Part shown: positions 53,593 to 62,096 of the stretch, in pieces
Layout: each line of letters opens with the position of its first letter
Numbering within the stretch: position 1 is the first letter of the stretch
Assembly: GCF_902785355.1 (NCBI RefSeq)
Contig: NZ_CACZYF010000002.1
Strand: one strand, 5' to 3'
Source of the DNA: an uncultured Ruminococcus sp.
GTDB taxonomy: Bacteria > Bacillota > Clostridia > Oscillospirales > Acutalibacteraceae
DNA length: 64,000 bases
Position numbers and translations under genes: made by a program
Notes under the pieces: model-generated
Told to the model about the DNA's origin: nothing
Database searches by the model: none
The model's input: the letters and a program-made list of their open reading frames with translations, nothing else

Positions 53593-56500
53593 TCACCTCA
53601 CCACTAAGAAGGTTATCAATTCAAAATCAGCTAAGCCTTTGAAACTATCGGAAAGCAGGGTTGTGCCGCCGGGCTTGAAAAGGCTGTTGATATCAGCGGT
53701 CTCTTTCACCTCGATGATGGAGCCGACTGCTTGCTTGAGGAGTTCGGAATAGGTCGACATATCTCTGCCGTCGTCGGTCTCGCGATTGAAGGCGCGGTAC
53801 AACTCGGGAATCGGCTCTGATTTACCGCGGCAGATATGACGCATACTGTCAAGCAACTTTTTCGGAGAGGCGTGGTTGCAGATCACTTCTCCGTCCATAC
53901 CGATATAGACCATGTAGAACGGATGGAGCTGGTTATGCTCGTCGATCTTTGCCTTATCGGTCGCTTTCAGCACATAGATCACACCCTTCGGCGCATCGTC
54001 GCCTGCATACGCTACAGCGTGCATACCATGCGGAGCGCTCTCGACGTCGGGATGCTCTTTCATGTATTCGAGAAGATCAAGTCGGAATTCGTTAAGCCCT
54101 AAATCCATGATAGAAATACCGGAGCTCATATCCTCGATATCGACGACCTCATCCTTGAGCTTCTGCAGCTGTGCCTTGCGGTATTCGAGGTCGGTTTTCT
54201 CCTCGTCACTGAGGATATTGTCATCACCGGTTGCCGTCATATCGACGATCTTCATGCGGGTCTCGATCTTCGATTTCAGATTGATGTATTCGTCAAGAGA
54301 GACGTTCGGCCAGAAGTTGACGAGCTGGATAACTGAATTGCGGCTGCCGATACGGTCGATACGTCCGAAACGCTGGATAATGCGCACGGGGTTCCAGTGG
54401 ATATCGTAATTGATCAGATAGTCGCAGTCCTGAAGGTTCTGACCCTCGCTGATGCAGTCGGTCGCAATCAGTACGTCGATGTCAGGCGCATTGGGATTAA
54501 GGCTGTCTCGATCCTTGGATATGGGTGAAAAGCTGGTGAGCACAGAGTTGAGATCTGTACTTTTCAGTTTTGCGGTTGTTCTGCCGTCAATCGATCCGGT
54601 CACCATAGCGGTATCAATGCCGAAGGTTTCTTTCATATATCGACTGACATGGGTGTAAAGGTATCCGGCTGTGTCGGCAAAGGCGGTGAAAATAATCACT
54701 TTACGATTGTCGGGATTGATCGGATTTTCAATTTTCCTTTTGAGGACTTCAAATAGCTTTTGCAGTTTGCTGTCATGCTCGGGAGTAATATCTTCTACCA
54801 TGCTAGTGAGGAGTTCGAGAACCTCCAGATCCTTTTCGAGATCGTGTTTCCATGACTCGTAATCCATATCGCCGAGCTGGATTTTGACTTTCTTTCCGAA
54901 AGAAAAGAGATCATCATTATCCTGATCCTCGGGATCGAAGTCGTCAACATCTGACATATCGGTCAAATCAAGCTGTACTGCATGATTCTCTTTATAGTAA
55001 TCGATTTTATCAAGGGTATTTTCTATCTGTTCCTTGATACGCTTGAGTGTCAAGGAGAAAGAGAAGATGGAGCTCTCCATACGCTTCATCAGATTGATAG
55101 CGTTCAAACGACGCAGACCAAGCTCACGGTTCTCCTGTGTGAAACCGATATTGATAGCGTTGTCTTTATACATTTCCGCGTACTTTTCTTTTTTGAACGG
55201 AAGGATATAATGAGACGGCAGATAGATATATAGCCCCAACATCATCAGCTGCTCGAAAATCTCATTGTAGGTGATGGCAGTTTTGAGATCAGTCAGCGGA
55301 GGATAAAGTGAAATCGGCGACAGACGAGTCGGGAAGGTTCCGATATCAGTTGTGTCATAGTATTTTTGGATATGCTTGCGCGAGCGTGCGATCGTAACGC
55401 TGTCAAGGACTTCAAAAAAGTCGTAATCGAGCATTTTGAGCAACACCTCTGTTGTACGCTTTTCGGGAGCAGATTTACTCCATGCGTTAAATGCTTTCTG
55501 TGCGTTTCGGAATATCTCGTCGATCGTTCGCTTGGTATCGAGTTGTGAATCGATCAACGCGGCATTGCCTTCATATGCCAATGCAAGCTGATTTTTAAGA
55601 TCATTGAAACGATTGTTGACGGGGGTCGCTGATAACATGAGGACCTTTGTCTTGACGCCTTTGCGGATGACATGATTCAGCAATTTGAGATAGCGGTTTT
55701 CTTTTTCATTATCTTCGCCTGAAAGCTGTCCACCGTTTCGGAAGTTATGGGATTCATCAATCACAACGAGATCATAGTTACCCCAGTTCAGACGGTTCAG
55801 CTCTATTCCGTTTGAGCTACCATGGGTTCTGCCGAGATCAGTATGGAATAACACATCATAGCGGAGCCTGTCCTCTGCAATCGGATTGTTGAGATAGTTG
55901 CCCTTGTAGGTGTTCCAGTTAGCTGATAGCTTCTTAGGGCACAGCACCAATACGGTTTTGTTGCGGTTTTCATAGTACTTGATAACGGATAGCGCAGTGA
56001 AGGTCTTACCGAGACCGACGCTGTCAGCAAGAATACAACCATTATACTTTTCCAGTTTGTTGATGATAGCGAGACACGCCTCACGCTGGAAATTATACAG
56101 CATGTTCCATATCTTGCTGTTTTTGAAGCCGGTCGCCTCATTCGGCAGAACATCCTCAGAGATATCCTCAAGGAATTCGTTAAACAGGTTATATAGGGTG
56201 ATAAAGTAAATGAATTCCGGCGGGTTCTCATTATAGGCTGCAGAGATGTTCTCGATCACCTCGTCAGTGACATCTTGCAAGCGTCGCTTATCATTCCAGA
56301 GTTGCTCAAAAAGCTGGAGATATAATTCGGATAGCGGAGATTCAACCTTATTAACATAGCTATATGCTTTGTTGCCTCGCTCACAGCCAAGGTCTACGGT
56401 AGTGAAGCCATCGATAGGCATATAGTTTTTGTCATCAAGATTGATGAAACCCGTCATCTTTTCGTTGGTGATATTAGATTTGAATTTAACCTTCTGTCGG

Positions 56501-56823
56501 ATCCAGTCAGCACATTCTTTGGCGATTGCTTTTTGGGTTAGCTCATTACGGAGCTTGATCTCGAATTCTGTTCCGTAAATACTACGCTCACGGTTCAGCC
56601 GAGGAATGTAAAACTCTCTTTTTTCTTTAGCAACCTTCTCAGTTGTAAATGTCGGAGAGGTAAAAATAAATCGCAGCTCATCAATACTCTCCAACTCCGC
56701 CTTCAACTCCTGAAAAGCGTAGATTGAAAAGCATGCAGCTGCGATCTGCATTTTACTTCCTGTATGAAGCTCTTTCGATAAATCGTCCTTGAGTGTTTTA
56801 TTTGTGTTGTAAATGATTTCCAT
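53593..56823 (-). CDS. SNF2/Rad54-family helicase with an unassigned N-terminal region of about 240 aa
   Basis: 1076 aa with the motifs ILADSVGLGKTFTAL (I), LVVIDESHNFRN (II), MLSATPVNN (III) and NPVRIIQRFGRIDRIGS (VI). Confidence 0.9.
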   Translation of the reverse strand: MEIIYNTNKTLKDDLSKELHTGSKMQIAAACFSIYAFQELKAELESIDELRFIFTSPTFTTEKVAKEKREFYIPRLNRERSIYGTEFEIKLRNELTQKAIAKECADWIRQKVKFKSNITNEKMTGFINLDDKNYMPIDGFTTVDLGCERGNKAYSYVNKVESPLSELYLQLFEQLWNDKRRLQDVTDEVIENISAAYNENPPEFIYFITLYNLFNEFLEDISEDVLPNEATGFKNSKIWNMLYNFQREACLAIINKLEKYNGCILADSVGLGKTFTALSVIKYYENRNKTVLVLCPKKLSANWNTYKGNYLNNPIAEDRLRYDVLFHTDLGRTHGSSNGIELNRLNWGNYDLVVIDESHNFRNGGQLSGEDNEKENRYLKLLNHVIRKGVKTKVLMLSATPVNNRFNDLKNQLALAYEGNAALIDSQLDTKRTIDEIFRNAQKAFNAWSKSAPEKRTTEVLLKMLDYDFFEVLDSVTIARSRKHIQKYYDTTDIGTFPTRLSPISLYPPLTDLKTAITYNEIFEQLMMLGLYIYLPSHYILPFKKEKYAEMYKDNAINIGFTQENRELGLRRLNAINLMKRMESSIFSFSLTLKRIKEQIENTLDKIDYYKENHAVQLDLTDMSDVDDFDPEDQDNDDLFSFGKKVKIQLGDMDYESWKHDLEKDLEVLELLTSMVEDITPEHDSKLQKLFEVLKRKIENPINPDNRKVIIFTAFADTAGYLYTHVSRYMKETFGIDTAMVTGSIDGRTTAKLKSTDLNSVLTSFSPISKDRDSLNPNAPDIDVLIATDCISEGQNLQDCDYLINYDIHWNPVRIIQRFGRIDRIGSRNSVIQLVNFWPNVSLDEYINLKSKIETRMKIVDMTATGDDNILSDEEKTDLEYRKAQLQKLKDEVVDIEDMSSGISIMDLGLNEFRLDLLEYMKEHPDVESAPHGMHAVAYAGDDAPKGVIYVLKATDKAKIDEHNQLHPFYMVYIGMDGEVICNHASPKKLLDSMRHICRGKSEPIPELYRAFNRETDDGRDMSTYSELLKQAVGSIIEVKETADINSLFKPGGTTLLSDSFKGLADFELITFLVVR

Positions 56824-56862
56824 GATTGACCTACCAACTTGGGATATAACAATACATAATAA

Positions 56863-56891
56863 ATCATACCACTAAATCCCACATTTTTCAA
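56863..56891 (-). promoter_or_regulatory. Promoter of the SNF2...res operon
   Basis: Minus strand reads TTGAAA-17 nt-TATGAT, about 40 nt upstream of the SNF2 ATG. Confidence 0.5.
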
Positions 56892-56986
56892 CGATAAATG
56901 ACAAATCTTCATGGTTAACTACTTTAGAGATTAATTATGATTCTCTTCCATTTCTCGTTGCTCCGGAATTTGGCTGGACAGAATCA

Positions 56987-57244
56987 TCACAAATCTTCCG
57001 GATGATAGCAAGTCTCGGCGTTGTAGGGCTTGGATAAAAATGAATACGACTTGACTGAGCTTACGGTGCAGGATGCGAGCAATATCAGGACAACTATCAC
57101 GATCGCAGCAAGGATCATCCATGTGCTACAGCCGCAGCATCCGCTGTTACGTTTGGGCGGCTTGCCGCCGCCTGATCTTTTCATGCTTTCTTCAAAGATT
57201 CTGTATTCAATATAGTCATCAACATAATCATCATGATTGCTCAT
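56987..57244 (-). CDS. Small single-pass membrane protein
   Basis: 85 aa. Acidic N-terminus, a CCGC motif, and the TM helix WMILAAIVIVVLILLAS. AGAGGTG RBS. Confidence 0.5.
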   Translation of the reverse strand: MSNHDDYVDDYIEYRIFEESMKRSGGGKPPKRNSGCCGCSTWMILAAIVIVVLILLASCTVSSVKSYSFLSKPYNAETCYHPEDL

Positions 57245-57277
57245 ACCGACACCTCTTTGTCAAATATTATAGCTCCC

Positions 57278-57460
57278 TCAATTGAGGTGAATTGATTTTT
57301 TACAATTGACGCATCGTATCCAGATTGACTTCTTTCCATAAATCATTTCAGTAATAGTCAGTTTGCTCTGATGACAAAATGGACATTCATGTGATTTTCC
57401 TGTTGTTTCGTAAATCAACGCAACATCTAACCACTTATCAATTGGCTGTTTCTTCTTCAT
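57278..57460 (-). CDS. Small zinc-finger protein (CPFC...CVNC)
   Basis: About 60 aa. The ATG follows a GAGGA RBS. Confidence 0.45.
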   Translation of the reverse strand: MKKKQPIDKWLDVALIYETTGKSHECPFCHQSKLTITEMIYGKKSIWIRCVNCKKSIHLN

Positions 57461-57710
57461 ATTCAATCCTCACTACACTATCCGCGCCCGAGGCATACTC
57501 GATCCGCCCGACTGAGCCGACATAGTTCATCGTACCGTCGGGATGGATCGCATAGAGATCAGAACAATGGCGGTCGGTGGGGCTGACACCGTCCCCAAAG
57601 GTGAAACCCTCCGACTCTGCCTGTCGCAGAAAGCTCATTGCTGTTTCCTCATCCTTGAGGTGAACATACACGCGCTCACCCATGCTTGCTAACTCTTTGA
57701 TTGTTTTCAT
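57438..57710 (-). CDS. Hypothetical protein (90 aa)
   Basis: MKTIKELASMGERVYVHLKDEE..., with an AAGGAG RBS 7 nt upstream. Confidence 0.5.
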   Translation of the reverse strand: MKTIKELASMGERVYVHLKDEETAMSFLRQAESEGFTFGDGVSPTDRHCSDLYAIHPDGTMNYVGSVGRIEYASGADSVVRIEYEEETAN

Positions 57711-57867
57711 AATGACACTCCTTTTGTAATATATCCTAAAGAGCGACGGGGTCACCTATCGGTCAAGCATTAGCACCTTACCGTCGTGAGATTCGGCAGG
57801 TTGCTGTGCGGTCAACGGGCTTGTCCCTCGCGCACTCTATATAGGCTTATTCTGTTTTAGCTACCGA

Positions 57868-58023
57868 TTACCACTCGTCATCCGAGACGGTATCAAAATC
57901 ATCCGCGCTGTCTTCCTCGCTCATCATATCTTCCATGACAGCGAATCCGAGCGCCTCTTCCGCAACGTCGGTATGGCCGTCGCCGTTAAAGTCAAACATT
58001 CCGCCAAAAACATCATCAAACAT
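57868..58023 (-). CDS. Small acidic protein with an EF-hand-like DFNGDGHTD loop
   Basis: 51 aa from MFDDVFGGMFDFNGDGHTD. Strong AGGAGG RBS. Confidence 0.5.
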   Translation of the reverse strand: MFDDVFGGMFDFNGDGHTDVAEEALGFAVMEDMMSEEDSADDFDTVSDDEW

Positions 58024-58036
58024 CTGTATCCTCCTG

Positions 58037-58630
58037 TTATCTGAACAACAGCGCTGCCGCTGTTTCAAAGTCGTAGTTCAGGTTAATCATCACAACCGTT
58101 TCACCGATCTCCTCGGAGATGTTCTTCTCAATCCTGCTGATTGGATACGCATCGGAGATGGTGATGTACTTTAGTTGCCAGACGTCATTTGCCTTGTCCG
58201 CACGCATTATCTTCATCCCCTCAAAGGCAGAGATCGCCCGCGTCGCAGTGGTTACAATCTCCGATCTCTTATTGGGTCGCTTGCAGGGTGCTTTCTCCCG
58301 CCTGAGCTTCGGCATAAAGTAGTGACAGCCTTTTTCCTCGCAGTGATGCTCGGCGCAGTGACCGGCAGTCAGAAAACCGGGGTGCTCGCCGCATTGACAG
58401 TAACCGATGCAGTTACCGCACCCGGTGATCCTGCCGTCAATACATCGGCGGCGATAAGGATCGCTTTGTGCCTTGTCAAGATAAGCGTAATCAAACAATC
58501 CGAAATGCACATCATCAACTCCGTTTTGTAAATATTTAACTTTGTAACGCTTATACCCATTATACAAAACAGAAAGTCCAATAAACGCTTCTTTGAAAAG
58601 AAAATTTGTTCGAAAAAAGCTTGACATCAT
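58037..58630 (-). CDS. Cys/His-rich hypothetical protein (start uncertain)
   Basis: Contains GCGNCIGYCQCGEHPGFLTAGHCAEHHCEEKGCHYF. The annotated 5' end overlaps the divergent promoter at 58621-58649, so the true start is probably further downstream. Confidence 0.45.
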   Translation of the reverse strand: MMSSFFRTNFLFKEAFIGLSVLYNGYKRYKVKYLQNGVDDVHFGLFDYAYLDKAQSDPYRRRCIDGRITGCGNCIGYCQCGEHPGFLTAGHCAEHHCEEKGCHYFMPKLRREKAPCKRPNKRSEIVTTATRAISAFEGMKIMRADKANDVWQLKYITISDAYPISRIEKNISEEIGETVVMINLNYDFETAAALLFR

Positions 58631-58649
58631 CCTACTTTAGTAGTATAGT
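58621..58649 (+). promoter_or_regulatory. Near-consensus promoter of the DUF3990/HTH pair
   Basis: TTGACA-17 nt-TATAGT. A GAGGTGA RBS precedes the ATG at 58668. Confidence 0.55.
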
Positions 58650-58667
58650 ATATGCAGAGGTGATATC

Positions 58668-59354
58668 ATGAGTAAGTTAGTATTATATCACGGCAGTGAT
58701 CACATCGTAGGTCAGCCTATTTTCGGAAAGGGTAAGCCCGACAATGACTACGGCATGGGCTTCTACTGCACCGAATCTATCGAGCTTGCGAAAGAGTGGG
58801 CTTGCGGTGAGCGCGGTCAGGACGGCTATGCCAACGCTTATACCATCGACACCGACGGGCTGAACATACTGAACCTATCCGACGAAAAGTATAATATCCT
58901 GAACTGGCTGGCAATACTGATAAAGAACAGACGGTTCAGCACAACGGTCCCGATCGCTCAGGTCGCCAAACAGTATATCATTGAGAATTTCTCCGTCGAT
59001 ATTACGCCCTACGACATCATCATTGGCTATCGTGCGGATGACTCCTACTTCTCCTTTGCGAAGGACTTTATCAGCAACACGATCTCCCTTGAGCAGTTAT
59101 CCCGCGCGATGCGCCTGGGCAAACTTGACGAGCAGGTAGTGCTGAAATCGAAGAAGGCATTTGACACTGTTCAGTTTGACAGAGACAAATGCGAATACGC
59201 TGACAGCAGTATCTATTTTCCGTTGAGAGAGAAGAGAGACAGCGAAGCGAGAACACAGTATCTGAGCGTTGAACGCTACAACGATGTCGTGAATGGTTTG
59301 TTCATTCGGGACATCATGGGAAGGAACATGAAGAATGAAGACTTTAGCAGATAA
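58668..59354 (+). CDS. DUF3990-family protein
   Basis: MSKLVLYHGSDHIVGQPIFGKGKPDNDYGMGFYCTESIELAKEWA matches my memory of the DUF3990 N-terminal signature. Confidence 0.7.
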   Translation: MSKLVLYHGSDHIVGQPIFGKGKPDNDYGMGFYCTESIELAKEWACGERGQDGYANAYTIDTDGLNILNLSDEKYNILNWLAILIKNRRFSTTVPIAQVAKQYIIENFSVDITPYDIIIGYRADDSYFSFAKDFISNTISLEQLSRAMRLGKLDEQVVLKSKKAFDTVQFDRDKCEYADSSIYFPLREKRDSEARTQYLSVERYNDVVNGLFIRDIMGRNMKNEDFSR

Positions 59355-59958
59355 TTATTCTGATGAAAAGACGATCGACCTGGTCGCCGAGTGCTTTGAT
59401 TATGCAGTCAACTTCTGTAAAACAGACGGAGACGATTTTTGGAACTACCTTGTTATTTCGGGAATCGCTAAGCAGCTGGAGGACGGCAATCCGAAGTTCG
59501 TATTGGGACACTCCGCTGTAGAGATCGTGAACATGGTATTTGATAAACTAAACATCCCATCTGACAACACCGACTATGTTGCTTTTGAACGCTCACCCGA
59601 ATACTGGGCAGGCTGGGCATTGGCTCAGTATCAGATCAAGTCGGAGCAGTCTTACAAAAAGCTCCATTCGCTCGTTGGCTTTTCGGAGTTGATCGGAATG
59701 TACCAAACGCTGCATGAAGCGCCGATCGAGAAGTTCTTTGATAAGATGAACAAGCGAACGGCGAATCAACAAATCGGGTTGAAACGGCAAAGAGAGAGAA
59801 TGGGATTATCTCAATCAAGCCTGTCGAGAATCTCCGGCATCAGCCTGAAAACGATCCAAGCCTATGAGCAAGGGCAGAAGGATCTCAAGCGAGCGAAGCT
59901 CGAAACGCTGAACTTGTTTGCCGATATTCTGGCATGCAAGATCGAGGATCTGTTTTAG
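59335..59958 (+). CDS. Protein with a C-terminal XRE-type HTH domain, partner of the DUF3990 gene
   Basis: The C-terminus LKRQRERMGLSQSSLSRISGISLKTIQAYEQGQKDL is a classic Cro/C1 HTH. The gene overlaps the upstream gene by 20 nt. Confidence 0.7.
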   Translation: MKTLADNYSDEKTIDLVAECFDYAVNFCKTDGDDFWNYLVISGIAKQLEDGNPKFVLGHSAVEIVNMVFDKLNIPSDNTDYVAFERSPEYWAGWALAQYQIKSEQSYKKLHSLVGFSELIGMYQTLHEAPIEKFFDKMNKRTANQQIGLKRQRERMGLSQSSLSRISGISLKTIQAYEQGQKDLKRAKLETLNLFADILACKIEDLF

Positions 59959-59987
59959 TTGACAAAATGTTTCAGGCGCGCTAATAT
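59959..59987 (+). promoter_or_regulatory. Near-consensus promoter of the recombinase gene
   Basis: TTGACA-17 nt-TAATAT, followed by an AGAGGTGA RBS. Confidence 0.5.
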
Positions 59988-60018
59988 CTAACAAACTTTG
60001 AAGAAGAGGTGAGAACGA

Positions 60019-61539
60019 ATGAATGGTGTAATTTATGCAAGGTATTCTTCCGATAATCAAAGGGAAGAAAGTATTGAGGGACAGCTGAGAGAATGTATGG
60101 CGTTTGCTGAGAAGAACGATATTCAAATCGTCGAGACGTACATCGACAGAGCGCTCTCCGCAAAGACAGATAATCGTCCAGCGTTTCAGCGAATGATTCG
60201 GGACAGCGCCAAAGAACAATTCGAGGTCATCATCGTATGGAAGCTTGACCGCTTCGCCCGAAATCGTTACGATTCCGCACACTATAAGGCGATCCTGAGA
60301 CGCAACAACGTGCGTGTGGTTTCCGCTACCGAGGCAATCTCGCAGGGTCCCGAAGGTATTATCCTTGAATCTCTTTTGGAAGGCATGGCGGAGTATTACT
60401 CAGCCGAGCTTGCTGAAAAGGTGCTCCGCGGAATGAATGAAAATGCTTACAAATGCAAATTCAACGGAGGTACGATCCCATACGGCTACTATGTAGATGA
60501 CGAACAGCATCTGCAGATCGAGCCTGAAACCGCTGCCATTGTCCGTGAAGTTTTCGAGCTTTATGACAGCGGGATGACAATGAAAGAAATCGTGACTACG
60601 CTCAACGGTAAAGGACTCCGCAACAGAAAAGGAAATCCATTCAAGATATCCGTTGTCTCCAAAATGCTGACCAATCGGCGATATATCGGTGAATACAAAT
60701 TCAGAGAGATCGTTATCGAGAACGGCATCCCTGCCATCATCTCAAAAGAGATGTTTGAATCCGTTAATAACAAACTAAGCGCAAACAGAAAAAAGCCAGC
60801 CCGAAAGAAATCAGGCGAGGAATATATTCTGACTACAAAGCTCTACTGCGGTAACTGTAAATCCTTCATGGTCGGCGAGAGCGGTACCAGCCGATGGGAT
60901 AAAACCTACCGCTACTACAAGTGCGTGTCTGCAAAGCGGAAAAGCGGCTGCGATAAGAAAGCTGTTCAGAAGGATCTGATCGAGGATCTGGTGATCGATC
61001 AAATCCAAAAGATCATCCGAGACGATTCCGCTATCAATTTGATCGCAGACAAAATCATCAAGACACAAGGCGAAGAGGATAACGGAATTCAACTTCTCAG
61101 GCGCCAGCTTGCTGAGGCTGAAACGAGTATCGAAAACCTGATGAAAGCGATCGAGATGGGAATCATCACCGAGACCACCAAAAACCGATTGATCAAGCTC
61201 GAGGATCGGAAAAAGGAACTCGAGGTCAGGCTGGCTTCGGAGACGATCAAAAAGCCTATCCTGACAAGGGAACAGATCATTTTCTGGCTTCAGCGATTCA
61301 GAACCTTCGATCCAAAGAATCCGAAGCACAGGAAAAACATGATCGACAGCTTTGTCAACGCGATAGTGCTGTACGATGACAAGATCATCTTCTACTTCAA
61401 CTATAAAGAGAACGCCGAAACCCTTTATCAGAAGGATTTGGAGGATTTTTCGGATTTATTCGTCTCTGCTCCACCACACCAATATAAATCAAACCCTTAT
61501 TTCTATGTCGGCGGTTTTGCTGTCACGGTTTGGTTTTAA
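60019..61539 (+). CDS. Large serine recombinase (resolvase domain, recombinase domain, zinc ribbon, coiled coil)
   Basis: Contains VIYARYSSDNQREESIEGQ (catalytic Ser), CGNCKSFM...YYKCVSAKRKSGC, and a C-terminal coiled coil. 506 aa. Confidence 0.9.
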   Translation: MNGVIYARYSSDNQREESIEGQLRECMAFAEKNDIQIVETYIDRALSAKTDNRPAFQRMIRDSAKEQFEVIIVWKLDRFARNRYDSAHYKAILRRNNVRVVSATEAISQGPEGIILESLLEGMAEYYSAELAEKVLRGMNENAYKCKFNGGTIPYGYYVDDEQHLQIEPETAAIVREVFELYDSGMTMKEIVTTLNGKGLRNRKGNPFKISVVSKMLTNRRYIGEYKFREIVIENGIPAIISKEMFESVNNKLSANRKKPARKKSGEEYILTTKLYCGNCKSFMVGESGTSRWDKTYRYYKCVSAKRKSGCDKKAVQKDLIEDLVIDQIQKIIRDDSAINLIADKIIKTQGEEDNGIQLLRRQLAEAETSIENLMKAIEMGIITETTKNRLIKLEDRKKELEVRLASETIKKPILTREQIIFWLQRFRTFDPKNPKHRKNMIDSFVNAIVLYDDKIIFYFNYKENAETLYQKDLEDFSDLFVSAPPHQYKSNPYFYVGGFAVTVWF

Positions 61540-61549
61540 CGGAAGAAGA

Positions 61550-61593
61550 AATCCCAAAGGATTGTTTTATTCCCTTTGGGATTTTTCTTTTTT
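61550..61593 (+). terminator. Rho-independent terminator after the recombinase gene
   Basis: AATCCCAAAGG-12 nt-CCTTTGGGATT followed by TTTCTTTTTT. Confidence 0.8.
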
Positions 61594-61974
61594 ATATTGC
61601 TTCTGAGGATAGCATCCGCCTTGTACCTTACCGTTGCTATCATATACGGTACAATACTTTTGGTTAACAAAGATGTATATGTGGTAGATCAGGAAGCATA
61701 CTCTTATGAGAAGCCGATTTATGAAGAACAACAGATTACAGTATGCTACGTTTGCGGCGCTGAGTTTGATACTTCTTATGACGCAAGCACTTTTTATGCT
61801 CATGGTACTCAGCATTTGCTCGCCGGAGAAGGCAGCGGTTATCACAATGAAGTCCGCGAGATTCAGACAGGAAGCAAAACTGTCAACGTTCCCGAAGAGG
61901 GCCACTACGAAAAGAAGGTCGTAAAGGACGCTTGGGATGAAAAGGTTCTCATCAAAGAAGCCGGATGGTATTAA
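61576..61974 (+). CDS. Doubtful ORF: possible small membrane-anchored protein
   Basis: The C-terminal two thirds look protein-like. However, the TTG start lies inside the terminator stem, the FFFFILLL segment is simply the T-tract translated, and there is no RBS. Confidence 0.3.
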   Translation: MGFFFFILLLRIASALYLTVAIIYGTILLVNKDVYVVDQEAYSYEKPIYEEQQITVCYVCGAEFDTSYDASTFYAHGTQHLLAGEGSGYHNEVREIQTGSKTVNVPEEGHYEKKVVKDAWDEKVLIKEAGWY

Positions 61975-62096
61975 TTAATCATAAGAGGAAACAAAACATA
62001 ATCAATTTACTATGGTTCAGCTTCAAACAGGTATTGGACGAACACCTACTTTTTCTTCTGCGGTTTCACAGTAAGGGTTTCGATCTGATATCATTT

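Larger units (their letters stand above)
42076..62093. mobile_element. tRNA-adjacent genomic island of about 20 kb carrying a large serine recombinase (boundaries approximate)
   Basis: Base composition visibly becomes more AT-rich right after the tRNA. The cargo is defence-type and mobile-element-type genes. The recombinase lies at the right end, and GC-rich host genes resume at 62359. Confidence 0.55.

Noticed and set aside
61576-61600. TM helix at the start of the 132-aa ORF
   Set aside because: The FFFFILLL segment is the translated T-tract of the recombinase terminator. This makes the annotated start, and possibly the whole ORF, doubtful.
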